A DNA stretch of 64,000 nucleotides from NCBI GenBank assembly GCA_902792555.1, contig CADAZW010000002.1:7480-71479 (forward strand). The letters run 5' to 3'. The notes under the pieces are model-generated. The model saw only the letters and a program-made list of their open reading frames with translations. It was not told the origin of the DNA and made no database searches. Source of the DNA: an uncultured Bacteroidales bacterium (lineage in GTDB: Bacteria; Bacteroidota; Bacteroidia; Bacteroidales; Bacteroidaceae). Of the stretch, positions 43,440 through 52,975 are shown piece after piece (within the stretch, counting starts at the first letter, position 1; every line of letters starts with the position of its first letter). A program made the position numbers and the translations under genes.

Positions 43440-46310
43440 TCAAAGTTTCTCTCTCAGGAATTTGGCTGTGTGGCTGCCGGGGCACTGCGCCACTTGCTCG
43501 GGTGTGCCCTGGGCTACTATCTGTCCGCCGAGGTCGCCGCCCTCGGGGCCGAGGTCGATGATGTGGTCGGCGCACTTGATGACTTCCATGTTGTGCTCGA
43601 TGATGACGATGGTGTGGCCGTGGTCGATGAGTGCCTGGAAGGCGCGGAGCAGTATGCTGATGTCATGGAAATGGAGTCCGGTGGTGGGCTCGTCGAAGAT
43701 GAAGAGTGTGGGCTGTGTCTTCTCGCTGGCGAGATAGTAGGCGAGCTTGACGCGCTGGTTCTCGCCGCCGCTGAGTGTGGAGGAGGGCTGTCCGAGCTTG
43801 ATATAGCCGAGGCCTACGTCCTGCAGGGGCTTGATGCGGCGGGCGATGGAGGCCTGGCCGTTGGCGCTGAAGAAGCTGATGGCCTCGTCTACGTCCATCT
43901 CGAGGATGTCGTGGATATTCTTGCCGGCGAAGCGCACCTCCAACACGTCCTTCTTAAAGCGCTTGCCGTGGCACTCCTCGCACTCGAGCTCGATGTCGGC
44001 CATGAACTGCATGGACACCTTGATTTTGCCCTCGCCGTTGCAGTTGTCGCAGCGGCCGCCCTCGGCATTGAAGGAGAATGTGGCGGGGGTGAAGTCCATC
44101 TGGCGTGACAGGGGCTGGTCGGCCATGAGGCGCCGTATGAGGTCGTATGCCTTGATATAGGTGATGGGGTTGGAGCGTGAGGAGGTGCCTATGCTGCTTT
44201 GGTCGACGAGGGTGACGGCCTTGATGGCCTTGAGGTTGCCCTCGAGGGAAAGGAACTCGCCCGGGCGGTCGCAGGCCTCGTCCAGGTGGCGCTTGAGGCC
44301 GCGGTAGAGGATGTCGTTGACGAGGGTGGACTTGCCGCTGCCGCTGACTCCGGTGACTACGGTCATCACGTTGAGGGGGAACTTCACGTCGATGCCCTTG
44401 AGGTTGTTGGCGCGGGCTCCCTTGACCTCTATGTAGCGATTGCTGCAGCGGCGGCTCTGCGGTACGGCTATCTTGTCGATGCCGAGCAGGAAGTTGAGGG
44501 TGTGGGAGGTTGGGTGTTTGAGATTTGAAGTTTGAGATTTGAAATTTATTTCTTTCAGGTCTCCCTGGAAGACAATCTGTCCGCCGTTGACTCCTGCGTC
44601 GGGGCCGAGGTCGATGATATGGTCGGCAGCGCGCATGATCTCCTCATCGTGCTCCACTACTATCACGGTGTTGCCCAGTTGCTGCAGGCGGCGCAGCACG
44701 CCTATGAGCTGCTGGGTGTCGCGCGAGTGGAGGCCTATGCTGGGCTCATCGAGTATGTAGAGTGAGCCTACGAGACTGCTGCCGAGGGAGGTGGCTATGC
44801 TGATGCGCTGGCTCTCGCCGCCGCTGAGTGTGGAGGCGGTGCGGCCGAGGGTGAGGTAGCCCAAGCCGATATCTACGAGCACCTGCAGGCGGTTGCGTAT
44901 CTCCTGGACCAGGACGGGGTAGTCGCCGTCGGGCATCTGCCTGAAAATGTCGTTGAGCTGGCTGACGGGCATGTAGGTAAGCTCGGTGATGGTGTGGCCG
45001 CAGAGTTTGACATAGTCGGCCTCCTTCTTGAGGCGGTGGCCATGGCAGGCGGGGCAGGTGGTCTTGCCGCGGTAGTGGGCGAGCATGACGCGGTACTGTA
45101 TCTTATATTGGTTGCGCTTGACCATGCGGAAGAAGGCGTCGATGCTTACCTGCATCTCTTCGGGCATGGCCTGCTCGTCGGCATCGCCGTGCCAGAGGAT
45201 GTCCTTCTGCTCCTGGGTGAGGCTGTAGTATGGCTGGAAGATGGGGAATCCCTTGGGGCCCTGGCGCTCGCAGAAGACGCGCTTCCACTCGCTCATCTTC
45301 TCGCCGCGCCAACACTGGACAGCGCCGTCATAGACTGATAGTGAGCTGTTGGGGATGACCAGGCTCTCGTCGATGCCTATGAGTGAGCCGAAGCCCTCGC
45401 ACTCGGGGCAGGCGCCGGCGGGCGAGTTGAAGGAGAACATGGCGTCGGTGGGGCGTTCAAACTGGATGCCGTCGCGCTCGAAGGCGGAGGAGAAGGCCCT
45501 GATGGTCTGGGGAGACTCCTCTATCTCTCCTATAGGGGAGGACCCTGGCGCAGGAGTTTCTCCTTTAGTGGGACGGGAGGGTGTCTCTCTGATGATGCAT
45601 TGTCGGCTGCCCTCGTCGAATGCCGTCTCGATGCTCTCGCGCAGTCGGGAGAGGGAGTCGGCGTCGGTGCGGCGCGCCAGGCGGTCGATGAGGATGTTGA
45701 CCTCGAGATTCTCCAGCTGGTGGTCGCTCATGGTGCCGAGCAGGTCGGCTATGTCGCGTATGTCGCCGCCGATGCTTACGCGGGAGAATCCCTGCTTGAG
45801 TTCCATCTCAAGCTGCTGGCGCATGGTGCGCCCCTGTGGCACGGTGAGGGGGCTCTCGACGGTGAAACGGCTGCCCTCGTCCATTTGGAGGACATAGCTG
45901 ACCACGTCCTCAATGGTGTCGCTCTTGACTTCCTGTCCGCTGACGGGCGAGATGGTCTTGCCGGCGCGGGCAAAGAGCATGCGCAGATAATCGTAAATCT
46001 CGGTGGAGGTGCCTACGGTGGAGCGCTGGCTGCGGTTGGTGGTGCGCTGCTCGATGGCTATGGCGGGGGGAATGCCGTGGATATAGTCGCACTCGGGCTT
46101 CTGCAGGCGGCCCATAAACTGGCGGGCATAGCTGGAGAGGCTCTCCACATAGCGGCGCTGGCCGTCGGCGAAGAGGGTGTCGAAGGCAAGGCTCGACTTG
46201 CCGCTGCCGCTGAGGCCGGTGATGACCACAAATTTGCCGCGGGGTATGGTGATGTCAATGCCCTTGAGATTGTTGACGCGTATGCCTTTTGCTACTATGT
46301 TACCGTCCAC
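43440..46310 (-). CDS. uvrA: excinuclease ABC subunit A (UvrA paralog 2), uninterrupted
   Basis: 956 aa. Walker A GLSGSGKSSLAFDTLFADGQRRY, zinc modules, two LSGGEsQR signatures and a second Walker A GVSGSGKSTL. Confidence 0.95.
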   Translation of the reverse strand: MDGNIVAKGIRVNNLKGIDITIPRGKFVVITGLSGSGKSSLAFDTLFADGQRRYVESLSSYARQFMGRLQKPECDYIHGIPPAIAIEQRTTNRSQRSTVGTSTEIYDYLRMLFARAGKTISPVSGQEVKSDTIEDVVSYVLQMDEGSRFTVESPLTVPQGRTMRQQLEMELKQGFSRVSIGGDIRDIADLLGTMSDHQLENLEVNILIDRLARRTDADSLSRLRESIETAFDEGSRQCIIRETPSRPTKGETPAPGSSPIGEIEESPQTIRAFSSAFERDGIQFERPTDAMFSFNSPAGACPECEGFGSLIGIDESLVIPNSSLSVYDGAVQCWRGEKMSEWKRVFCERQGPKGFPIFQPYYSLTQEQKDILWHGDADEQAMPEEMQVSIDAFFRMVKRNQYKIQYRVMLAHYRGKTTCPACHGHRLKKEADYVKLCGHTITELTYMPVSQLNDIFRQMPDGDYPVLVQEIRNRLQVLVDIGLGYLTLGRTASTLSGGESQRISIATSLGSSLVGSLYILDEPSIGLHSRDTQQLIGVLRRLQQLGNTVIVVEHDEEIMRAADHIIDLGPDAGVNGGQIVFQGDLKEINFKSQTSNLKHPTSHTLNFLLGIDKIAVPQSRRCSNRYIEVKGARANNLKGIDVKFPLNVMTVVTGVSGSGKSTLVNDILYRGLKRHLDEACDRPGEFLSLEGNLKAIKAVTLVDQSSIGTSSRSNPITYIKAYDLIRRLMADQPLSRQMDFTPATFSFNAEGGRCDNCNGEGKIKVSMQFMADIELECEECHGKRFKKDVLEVRFAGKNIHDILEMDVDEAISFFSANGQASIARRIKPLQDVGLGYIKLGQPSSTLSGGENQRVKLAYYLASEKTQPTLFIFDEPTTGLHFHDISILLRAFQALIDHGHTIVIIEHNMEVIKCADHIIDLGPEGGDLGGQIVAQGTPEQVAQCPGSHTAKFLREKL

Positions 46311-46437
46311 GACGATTTAATTTGACTATTTCACTATTCGCGATTTGACTGTATCGTGACCCTTTGATTTGATGATTCTTGATTCCATGATTGGCAATCG
46401 TAAAAATGTAGAATCGTGAAATTAAGAGGTTGTGAAA
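46311..46437. repeat. R5 stutter region (CGATTT / GATTTGA / CGTGAAAT vocabulary) filling the uvrA2-GHL10 intergenic space
   Basis: GACGATTTAATTTGACTATTTCACTATTCGCGATTTGACTGTATCGTGACC...AATCGTGAAATTAAGAGGTTGTGAAATC. Related to 35340-35368 and 57837-57915. Confidence 0.75.
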
Positions 46438-47946
46438 TCATTTCGCTTTTTTGGGTTTCGACTCATTCCACATGCGGTCGAGGGTTGTGACCATATAGGT
46501 GCTGCCGTCAGCTGGGCCGCTGAGGTTGAGGAATGGCTGTGACGTGATGGCCAGTATCTTGGCGGGGTCGCTGATGTCGGCCTTCTCTCCCTTGGCGAAG
46601 CGATAGACCACGAATCTCACGGGCTTTTGCATCTCGTCCTTGGTGTCCTTTGTGAGCCAGACGAGCACGCGGCCGTTGCCGTCAGCGGGCAGTATCTTGA
46701 CGCCCTTGACGGGCTTGGGGGCTGCCTTGTCCTTGAAGCGCATAGGCGGCACCAGGGCGGGGTAGGGCTGATAGACTTTCTCCAGGGCGGTGAGTATGTT
46801 GCCGGTGTTGTTGGCCACGGCGGCGGAGTACCACAGGCAGTTGCCTTCGATGCCGGGGAGGGTGCGCTGCAGTCGCAGTTTCTCGGGCAGCTGGTTGACC
46901 TGCGGGTTGTTGAGATCGGCGGCCTTGACGGTGCGCTCCACATCCTGCCCAATATAGAGCGGCCTGCCGCTGGCGTACTTTGACCACCAGTGGATCAGCT
47001 CGTCATAGTCGGCGGTCTTGTGGCCTATCTCCCAATAGATCTGGGGTATGTTGTAGTCCACCCATCCTCGGTTGATCCACTGCAGGATGTCGGCATAGAG
47101 GTCGTCGTAGTTCTGCAGGCCATGGGTGTTGCTGCCGGGGAGCAGCGAGCCCTCCTCGGGCTGGTTGTGGTAGATGCCGAAGGGCGATATGCCGAACTTC
47201 ACCCAGGGCTTCAGCCGGAGGATGGTATCGTGAATGTCCTTGATGAGAAGGCTCACGTTGTCGCGGCGCCAGTCCTGGATGGAGCTGAAGCCTGCGCCAT
47301 ACTGGCTGTAGGTCTGCTGGTCGGGAATCTCGGTGCCTGCCTCGGGGTAGGGATAGAAATAGTCGTCGATGTGCAGTCCGTCAATGTCGTAGCGGCTGAC
47401 GATGTCGCTCACCACCTCGCAGATGTATTCGCGGTTCTCAGGTACTCCGGGGTTGAAGAGCAGCAGCTTGCCATACTGGAAGAAGCGCTCCGGATGCTTG
47501 AAGTATGGGTGGGTGGCGGCCAGCACGGCGGTGCCTGCCGTCTTGGCGCGGTAGGGGTTGATCCAAGCGTGGAGCTCCATGCCGCGGCTGTGGCACTCGT
47601 CAATCATCCACTGGAGGGGGTCCCAGTAGGGCTGGGGTGCCATGCCCTGCTGACCGGTGAGAAATCGGCTCCAGGGCTCCAGCTGGCTGGGGTAGAGGGC
47701 GTCGCCCTCAGCCCTGACCTGGAAGAAGACGGCATTGACATGGCAGCGCTGCAGGGCATCGAGATGCCGCCGCAGGGTGGCTTGCATCTGGTCGCGGCCC
47801 AAGGCCTGGAACTGTCCGTTAACACACTGAATCCAGCTGCCCCTGAACTCTCTCTTGGGCTGCGTGGCCTCTGATGCCTCCATCGGCTGGGCGGCTATGC
47901 ACCACAGGGCAAGGCATGCTAAAAATGTCCTGATTTTTGCTGTCAT
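46438..47946 (-). CDS. glycoside hydrolase-like family 10 (GHL10/DUF187) protein, paralog
   Basis: Contains REFRGSWIQCVNG...HVNAVFFQVRAEGDALYPS...EPW...ECHSRGMELHAWINPYR. Start set at MTAKIRTF (47946). Confidence 0.85.
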   Translation of the reverse strand: MTAKIRTFLACLALWCIAAQPMEASEATQPKREFRGSWIQCVNGQFQALGRDQMQATLRRHLDALQRCHVNAVFFQVRAEGDALYPSQLEPWSRFLTGQQGMAPQPYWDPLQWMIDECHSRGMELHAWINPYRAKTAGTAVLAATHPYFKHPERFFQYGKLLLFNPGVPENREYICEVVSDIVSRYDIDGLHIDDYFYPYPEAGTEIPDQQTYSQYGAGFSSIQDWRRDNVSLLIKDIHDTILRLKPWVKFGISPFGIYHNQPEEGSLLPGSNTHGLQNYDDLYADILQWINRGWVDYNIPQIYWEIGHKTADYDELIHWWSKYASGRPLYIGQDVERTVKAADLNNPQVNQLPEKLRLQRTLPGIEGNCLWYSAAVANNTGNILTALEKVYQPYPALVPPMRFKDKAAPKPVKGVKILPADGNGRVLVWLTKDTKDEMQKPVRFVVYRFAKGEKADISDPAKILAITSQPFLNLSGPADGSTYMVTTLDRMWNESKPKKAK

Positions 47947-48043
47947 GCTTATAATATAAATAAGGTGTATGCGTGAATAATGGATATATCCGCGCAAAGA
48001 TACGAAAAAAAAAGCAAACGGCGGTATAATCGTCAGGAAAAGC

Positions 48044-48799
48044 TTAGTCAAGCATCATTGAGACGTGCAGCTCGCCAGGCAGCGGAGTGCGGCCGCAGAT
48101 GGGCAGGAAGAGGAGGGGAGTGGTGACTTCGCTGAGATGAGGGATGGGCGAATTGCCGTTGGCCGTGGTGTCGAGGATGTGGTATTGCGTGTCGCTGATG
48201 CGCTCTGCCATGAAATAGTGGCCTTCTGTCGTCTGGTACAGTCCCCCGCCGCTTATCAGGCATACGTCCATCTGGTCGCGGAGGTCATCGGCGCGGTGCT
48301 GCACGGCATAGGGCAGCGAGGCCAGGTGGTGCTGCATAGTATATATAATGTGGGGGCTGAGCTGTGGCAGCTGGGTGCAGGCTGCTATCTGGCCGGCGGT
48401 GGCCAGTCTCTTGCAGCGGGCTGAGGAGGGTTGGTAGCCGAAGATGGCGGTGTACCATTGGGTTGCGTCCTGGCTGGCGGGAATGAGCAGGGAGTAGTCG
48501 ATGTGGTGCTTATACATCCACCAGTGAATCTGGCGCATCACTCTGGCGGCGTGGCCGAGGTTGCGATAGTCCGGCAGGGTGGCAAGGCCCGACACATAGC
48601 CTATTTTCAGCATCGGGGCGCCGGGGGCTGCCGTCATGCTATAGACGAAGCACTGGCCCTGAGCCACGGTTACTCCGTCCTGCTCAGAGGTGAATGTCTG
48701 GGCGCTGGGGTAGCGGCGGCTGAAGTATAGGTTCATAAACTCCTCGCTGTCGCCGAAAACGGTTCGCCAGATGTGGCGGCACTGTTCTGTCTGTGACAT
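48044..48799 (-). CDS. GNAT-family N-acetyltransferase-like protein
   Basis: 251 aa. The segment GYVSGLATLPDYRNLGHAARVMRQ resembles the acetyl-CoA-binding motif A of GNATs. Confidence 0.65.
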   Translation of the reverse strand: MSQTEQCRHIWRTVFGDSEEFMNLYFSRRYPSAQTFTSEQDGVTVAQGQCFVYSMTAAPGAPMLKIGYVSGLATLPDYRNLGHAARVMRQIHWWMYKHHIDYSLLIPASQDATQWYTAIFGYQPSSARCKRLATAGQIAACTQLPQLSPHIIYTMQHHLASLPYAVQHRADDLRDQMDVCLISGGGLYQTTEGHYFMAERISDTQYHILDTTANGNSPIPHLSEVTTPLLFLPICGRTPLPGELHVSMMLD

Positions 48800-49704
48800 T
48801 AATGATTGTGAATCATATTCTCACACAAGACGTACTTATGGAGCTTGAGTGCGGGTTGGTATGTGGTCTTGGCCTGACGGAGGCCAGGTATGCCCAGGTC
48901 TTCCTCGCGGTTGATCCATAGGTACTGCGGCGGCAGGTGGTTGACGAACTCATTGTTGATGGCGGCGTAGGAGCCCTCAAAGGCTGTGTCGGCCTTCTCG
49001 ACGCATACGTCGAAGGTGTCAGCGTTGATGGCTGCGCCGTAGGTGAAGGCCACCAACCGGCCATCCACGTAGATGGTGCCGCCGACGGCCTCCAGCTCCT
49101 GCCAGTGGTCGAAGACATACTTGATGGTCCTGCGCTCATTGATTTCCTCATCGGTGTGGCCGAGGTCGAGCCCCTTGTTTATCCACGACTTGTCGAGGGC
49201 CAGGCAGGCCTCCATGTCATCGACGCTGAGGGGTTTAAAGATATAGTCGGGGTAGCTGCGGCGGAAGCGGTTGAGGAAATTGCGCTTGCTCTGCAGCTTA
49301 TGGCCTGCGAGGGTGGCAAGGCTCTGGCGGGCATAGACATAGTCGGAGCTGTCGTCAGAGTAGGAGCAGCTGAGGCTGGGGTCGGCCTTGAGGTAGTAGG
49401 GCAGCTGGTCCTCGTTGACGCCGAAGATGCACAGGCCGTCGCCTGCCTCGGCGGCATCTTCCCTCACAACCTGGAGCAGGTCGGCGAGGTCGGCGGGGCG
49501 GAAGCGCAGTGAGTAGGCGCGGTGGCCTTCATAGCTGAAACGCAGGATGATATTGTCGTTGCAGATGGCAATGGAGCCTTGGTATAGGTGCTGCCAGCTG
49601 CACAGGTTGATTATGCTGGTGTCGCATCCCTGGGGGGTGATCAGTCCGCTGATGGTGCGCAGCGGCCGGCAAGTCTGCGGGGTGCAGGGGGTGAATGTTA
49701 GCAT
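48799..49704 (-). CDS. DUF2156-like protein (C-terminal domain of phosphatidylglycerol lysyltransferase family)
   Basis: About 300 aa containing ...NLCSWQHLY...LQSKRNFLNRF...FEGSYAAINNEF. Overlaps the GNAT gene start by 1 nt. Start is uncertain (49704 or 49743). Confidence 0.65.
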   Translation of the reverse strand: MLTFTPCTPQTCRPLRTISGLITPQGCDTSIINLCSWQHLYQGSIAICNDNIILRFSYEGHRAYSLRFRPADLADLLQVVREDAAEAGDGLCIFGVNEDQLPYYLKADPSLSCSYSDDSSDYVYARQSLATLAGHKLQSKRNFLNRFRRSYPDYIFKPLSVDDMEACLALDKSWINKGLDLGHTDEEINERRTIKYVFDHWQELEAVGGTIYVDGRLVAFTYGAAINADTFDVCVEKADTAFEGSYAAINNEFVNHLPPQYLWINREEDLGIPGLRQAKTTYQPALKLHKYVLCENMIHNH

Positions 49705-49813
49705 TGTACCTTTTGTCGTGATTTTGCTATTGTCAGTTGGCACGTTTTTTTATAAAAATACTGTCGCAACTCAATTTTGGGTACAAAATTAGTGCTTTCT
49801 TGTCATAAATACG

Positions 49814-49821
49814 TATATTTG
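49814..49821 (+). promoter_or_regulatory. candidate -7 promoter box TATATTTG for the carboxyltransferase gene
   Basis: Perfect TAnnTTTG 32 nt upstream of the ATG at 49853. Confidence 0.45.
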
Positions 49822-49852
49822 CAGACCTAAAAGAAAAACGAACGACAATATC

Positions 49853-51505
49853 ATGCAGAAAAAGAAAGTTGAGTTTAGCCTTGTCTATAGAGACATGTTT
49901 CAGTCCTCCGGCAAGTTTCAGCCTCGCAAGGACCAGTTGGAGCGCGTAGCCCCTGCCATCATTGACATGGGCTGCTTTGCCCGTGTGGAGACCAATGGTG
50001 GTGCCTTTGAGCAGGTCAACCTGCTCTACGGCGAGAACCCCAACAAGGCCGTCAGGGCCTTTACCGCCCCGTTCAACAAGGTGGGCATCAAGACCCACAT
50101 GCTTGACCGCGGCCTCAATGCGTTGAGAATGTTCCCTGTGCCGGCTGACGTGAGGAAGCTGATGTATAAGGTTAAGCATGCTCAGGGCGTGGACATCCCC
50201 CGCATCTTCTGCGGACTGAATGACGTCCGCAACATCATCCCCTCCATCCAGTATGCCAAGGATGGCGGCATGACTCCGCAGGCCACCCTCTGCATCACCA
50301 ACTCGCCCATCCATACCGCCGAGTACTATTTCGGCATTGCCGAGCAGCTCATCAAGGCCGGAGCGCCTGAGATCTGTCTGAAGGACATGGCGGGCATCGG
50401 TCAGCCTGCCATGCTGGGCAAGCTGACGGGCATGATTAAGAGCAAGTATCCCGAGATAATCATCCAGTACCACGGCCATAGCGGCCCGGGCCTGTCGATG
50501 GCCTCCATCCTGGAGATATGCAAGGCCGGCGGCGACATTATCGACACTGCCGTTGAGCCGCTCTCCTGGGGCAAGGTTCATCCCGATGTCATCTCCGTGC
50601 AGAGCATGCTGAAGCATGCCGGCTTTGAGGTGGCCGAAATCAATATGGACGCCTACATGGAGGTGCGCAAGCTCACCCAGGAGTTCATCGACGACTTCCT
50701 CGGCTACTTCATGAGCCCCACCAACAAGCTCATGTCATCGCTGCTGCTGGGCTGCGGCCTGCCGGGCGGCATGATGGGCTCGATGATGGCCGACCTCAAG
50801 GGTGTGGAGAGCGCCATCAACGCCAACCGCAAGAAGAAGGGCCTCGAGCCTTTCACCGAGGACCAGCTGCTCGTGCGCCTCTTCAACGAGGTGGCATACG
50901 TATGGCCGAAGGTTGGCTATCCACCACTCGTCACTCCGTTCAGCCAGTATGTGAAGAACATTGCGCTGATGAACCTGCTCGCCGAGTCTATGGACAAGCC
51001 TCGCTACTCCATGATGGACCAGAGCATCTGGGGCATGATACTCGGCAAGAGCGGCAAGCTGCCCGGCGAGGTGGCTCCCGAGATTGTGGAGCTCGCCAAG
51101 CAGAAGGGCCTCGAGTTTACCGACGCCAATCCGCAGGACAACTATCCCGACGACCTGCCCACCTTTATCAAGGAGATGGAGCAGAACGGCTGGGAGCGCG
51201 GTCAGGACGACGAGGAACTCTTCGAGCTCGCCATGCACCCCACGCAGTATCGCGACTACAAGAGCGGCATAGCCAAGGAGCGCTTCGAGGCAGACCTTGC
51301 CAAGGCTAAGGAAGCCAAGAGCGCCGCAGCTCCCGCAGCCCCCAAGGCCGAGGCTTCGAAGCCCGCAGCTCCCGCTAAGGGCACTGATGCCAATGAAGAA
51401 ACTGTTGCCGCCATCTCCATGGCAGTGGCTCAGCACACTGGCGACACGGGCCAGAAGATTACCATCCGTCCGTACACCAGCCCCTGGGCGATGCGCCGAT
51501 TCTAA
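49853..51505 (+). CDS. carboxyltransferase subunit (oxaloacetate decarboxylase alpha / pyruvate carboxylase B / transcarboxylase 5S type) with an OadG-like C-terminal tail and no biotinyl domain
   Basis: HMGL-like TIM-barrel region (FRDMFQS...ETNGGAFE...LKDMAGIGQP...HGHSGPGLSMAS). The C-terminus has an Ala/Pro/Lys linker, then EETVAAISMAVAQH...SPWA. No AMKM biotinylation motif. Confidence 0.85.
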   Translation: MQKKKVEFSLVYRDMFQSSGKFQPRKDQLERVAPAIIDMGCFARVETNGGAFEQVNLLYGENPNKAVRAFTAPFNKVGIKTHMLDRGLNALRMFPVPADVRKLMYKVKHAQGVDIPRIFCGLNDVRNIIPSIQYAKDGGMTPQATLCITNSPIHTAEYYFGIAEQLIKAGAPEICLKDMAGIGQPAMLGKLTGMIKSKYPEIIIQYHGHSGPGLSMASILEICKAGGDIIDTAVEPLSWGKVHPDVISVQSMLKHAGFEVAEINMDAYMEVRKLTQEFIDDFLGYFMSPTNKLMSSLLLGCGLPGGMMGSMMADLKGVESAINANRKKKGLEPFTEDQLLVRLFNEVAYVWPKVGYPPLVTPFSQYVKNIALMNLLAESMDKPRYSMMDQSIWGMILGKSGKLPGEVAPEIVELAKQKGLEFTDANPQDNYPDDLPTFIKEMEQNGWERGQDDEELFELAMHPTQYRDYKSGIAKERFEADLAKAKEAKSAAAPAAPKAEASKPAAPAKGTDANEETVAAISMAVAQHTGDTGQKITIRPYTSPWAMRRF

Positions 51506-51529
51506 GACCTAAACTCGGTAAATAGAAAT

Positions 51530-51667
51530 ACTGAAAGAAATTGCCAGAAATTTTTCAGAAATTTAGGCTGCGCAATAAGACCTGTCCTAAATGATTTCTG
51601 AAAAATTTCCGGCAATTTCTTTCAGTGTATTCCTTTAGACGGAAAGGGCAATTTCTTTCAGTTTTTT
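51530..51667. terminator. long imperfect inverted repeat (arms of about 38 nt) plus a third partial arm followed by a T-tract, between convergent genes
   Basis: ACTGAAAGAAATTGCCAGAAATTTTTCAGAAATTTAGG (51530-51567) against CCTAAATGATTTCTGAAAAATTTCCGGCAATTTCTTTCAGT (51586-51625). A third copy GGGCAATTTCTTTCAGTTTTTT is at 51646-51667. Confidence 0.6.
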
Positions 51668-51681
51668 GTTTGCCGTTTCAT

Positions 51682-52731
51682 TTATTGCTGTTTGTTTACA
51701 TTGCGGATTCTCTCGAGCATTTCCTCGTTCCACTGCTCTGTGCCGGGCAGCTGGTAGCGGCAGTAGCCGGTGGGTGAGGGATTGAAGAACGTCTTCGCCT
51801 CATCGGTCACGGTCACTGTGCCGCGCTCCGACATGGTAAAGAGCGAGTCGCCCTCTATGGCCTGAATCACCGTCAGGGGGTCCCACATCTTCTGGCCGGT
51901 GTCGCAGTCGTAGTTCATATACACCTGCTTGATGGGGTGCACGTCAGTCCAGTCGATGTCGTCAATGACCATCTGGGGCTTGTAGTCGATGCCGTCGCCC
52001 ACTTCGCCGGGACTCATTATGATGTCCACATCGGCGGGCCACAGGGCGAAGAGGTTCTGGGCAAAATCCACGCTCTGCAGGAAGTTGTATTCTATCGGCT
52101 CAATAGACTCTCCGAAGGCGCCGCCCATGATATAGAGGCACTTCACTTTCCGTCGCACCAGCTCTACGCCGTTGAGCTCGGAGAACCCGTCGGGCTCCGA
52201 CTGTAGCAAGTGAGCCAGGCTTGTCACGAAGCCCAGGGATATGATGCTCACGCTGTGGTCTGGCTGCTGCGCCAGCAGTTGGCGGTATAGCTGCCAGCTG
52301 TCGGGCAGCGCCGAGTAGTCGGTCAGTGAGCGCCTGAACATCGGCAGGCCGTCATTGCCGGTGTGGTACGGCAGCATCTTATAGTCGATATAGACGTTAG
52401 GCTCTTCTACGCCGTCGCGCTCCAGCCCGATGGGGATGTCGCCGTGGCCGAAGAAAGTGTTCATCAGGTCTGCCAGTGCTGCGTATTCTTCGCCCTCGCG
52501 GTTAACCATCACGCCCAGCAGGTTGCAGCGCCCTTTGTCCATGTATCGGTAGAGCATCTCCATTGCGAGGAGGTCGTCGGTGGATGAGCCGATGTCGGTG
52601 TCGAGGATTACGAGCGGAATGCCGGAGTAGGGCGTAGTCTTATTGTTGGCTCCGCCGTCATGGTCGGAGCACGACATCAGATTGACATTGGTGCATACAA
52701 ACAGCAGTGCAGCAAGCAGGGGATGTTTCAT
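51682..52731 (-). CDS. secreted nucleoside hydrolase (IUNH family)
   Basis: Signal peptide, then the hallmark LVILDTDIGSSTDDLLAM aspartate cluster. Confidence 0.9.
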   Translation of the reverse strand: MKHPLLAALLFVCTNVNLMSCSDHDGGANNKTTPYSGIPLVILDTDIGSSTDDLLAMEMLYRYMDKGRCNLLGVMVNREGEEYAALADLMNTFFGHGDIPIGLERDGVEEPNVYIDYKMLPYHTGNDGLPMFRRSLTDYSALPDSWQLYRQLLAQQPDHSVSIISLGFVTSLAHLLQSEPDGFSELNGVELVRRKVKCLYIMGGAFGESIEPIEYNFLQSVDFAQNLFALWPADVDIIMSPGEVGDGIDYKPQMVIDDIDWTDVHPIKQVYMNYDCDTGQKMWDPLTVIQAIEGDSLFTMSERGTVTVTDEAKTFFNPSPTGYCRYQLPGTEQWNEEMLERIRNVNKQQ

Positions 52732-52966
52732 GTTTGAGGTTTGAGGTTTGAGATTTGAGGTTTAGCCAAGTCCGGAGTTAATAGTTGATAATTGATAGTT
52801 GACAGTTGAAAGTTGAGAATTAACGGTTAGCGGTTAGCGTTGAGCGGTTAGCGGAAAAGTTAGTATCATACGCCCCCGGCCCTACGGGCCACCCCCTCTA
52901 TCTTAGAGGGGGAGCCGACTCTTTGCCTTCAAATGCCCAACGGCTTGCTAAATCCTAATTTCTCAC
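52732..52966 (-). repeat. E2: about 235-bp composite element homologous at its ends to E1, abutting the nucleoside hydrolase ATG
   Basis: TTTAGCCAAGTCCGG at 52761-52775 and ATGCCCAACGGCTTGCTAAAT at 52933-52953. The interior is made of other stutters (TTGATA/GTTGA, CGGTTAGCG) and the hairpin CCCCCTCTATCTTAGAGGGGG. Confidence 0.8.
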
Positions 52967-52975
52967 GGCTCACCG

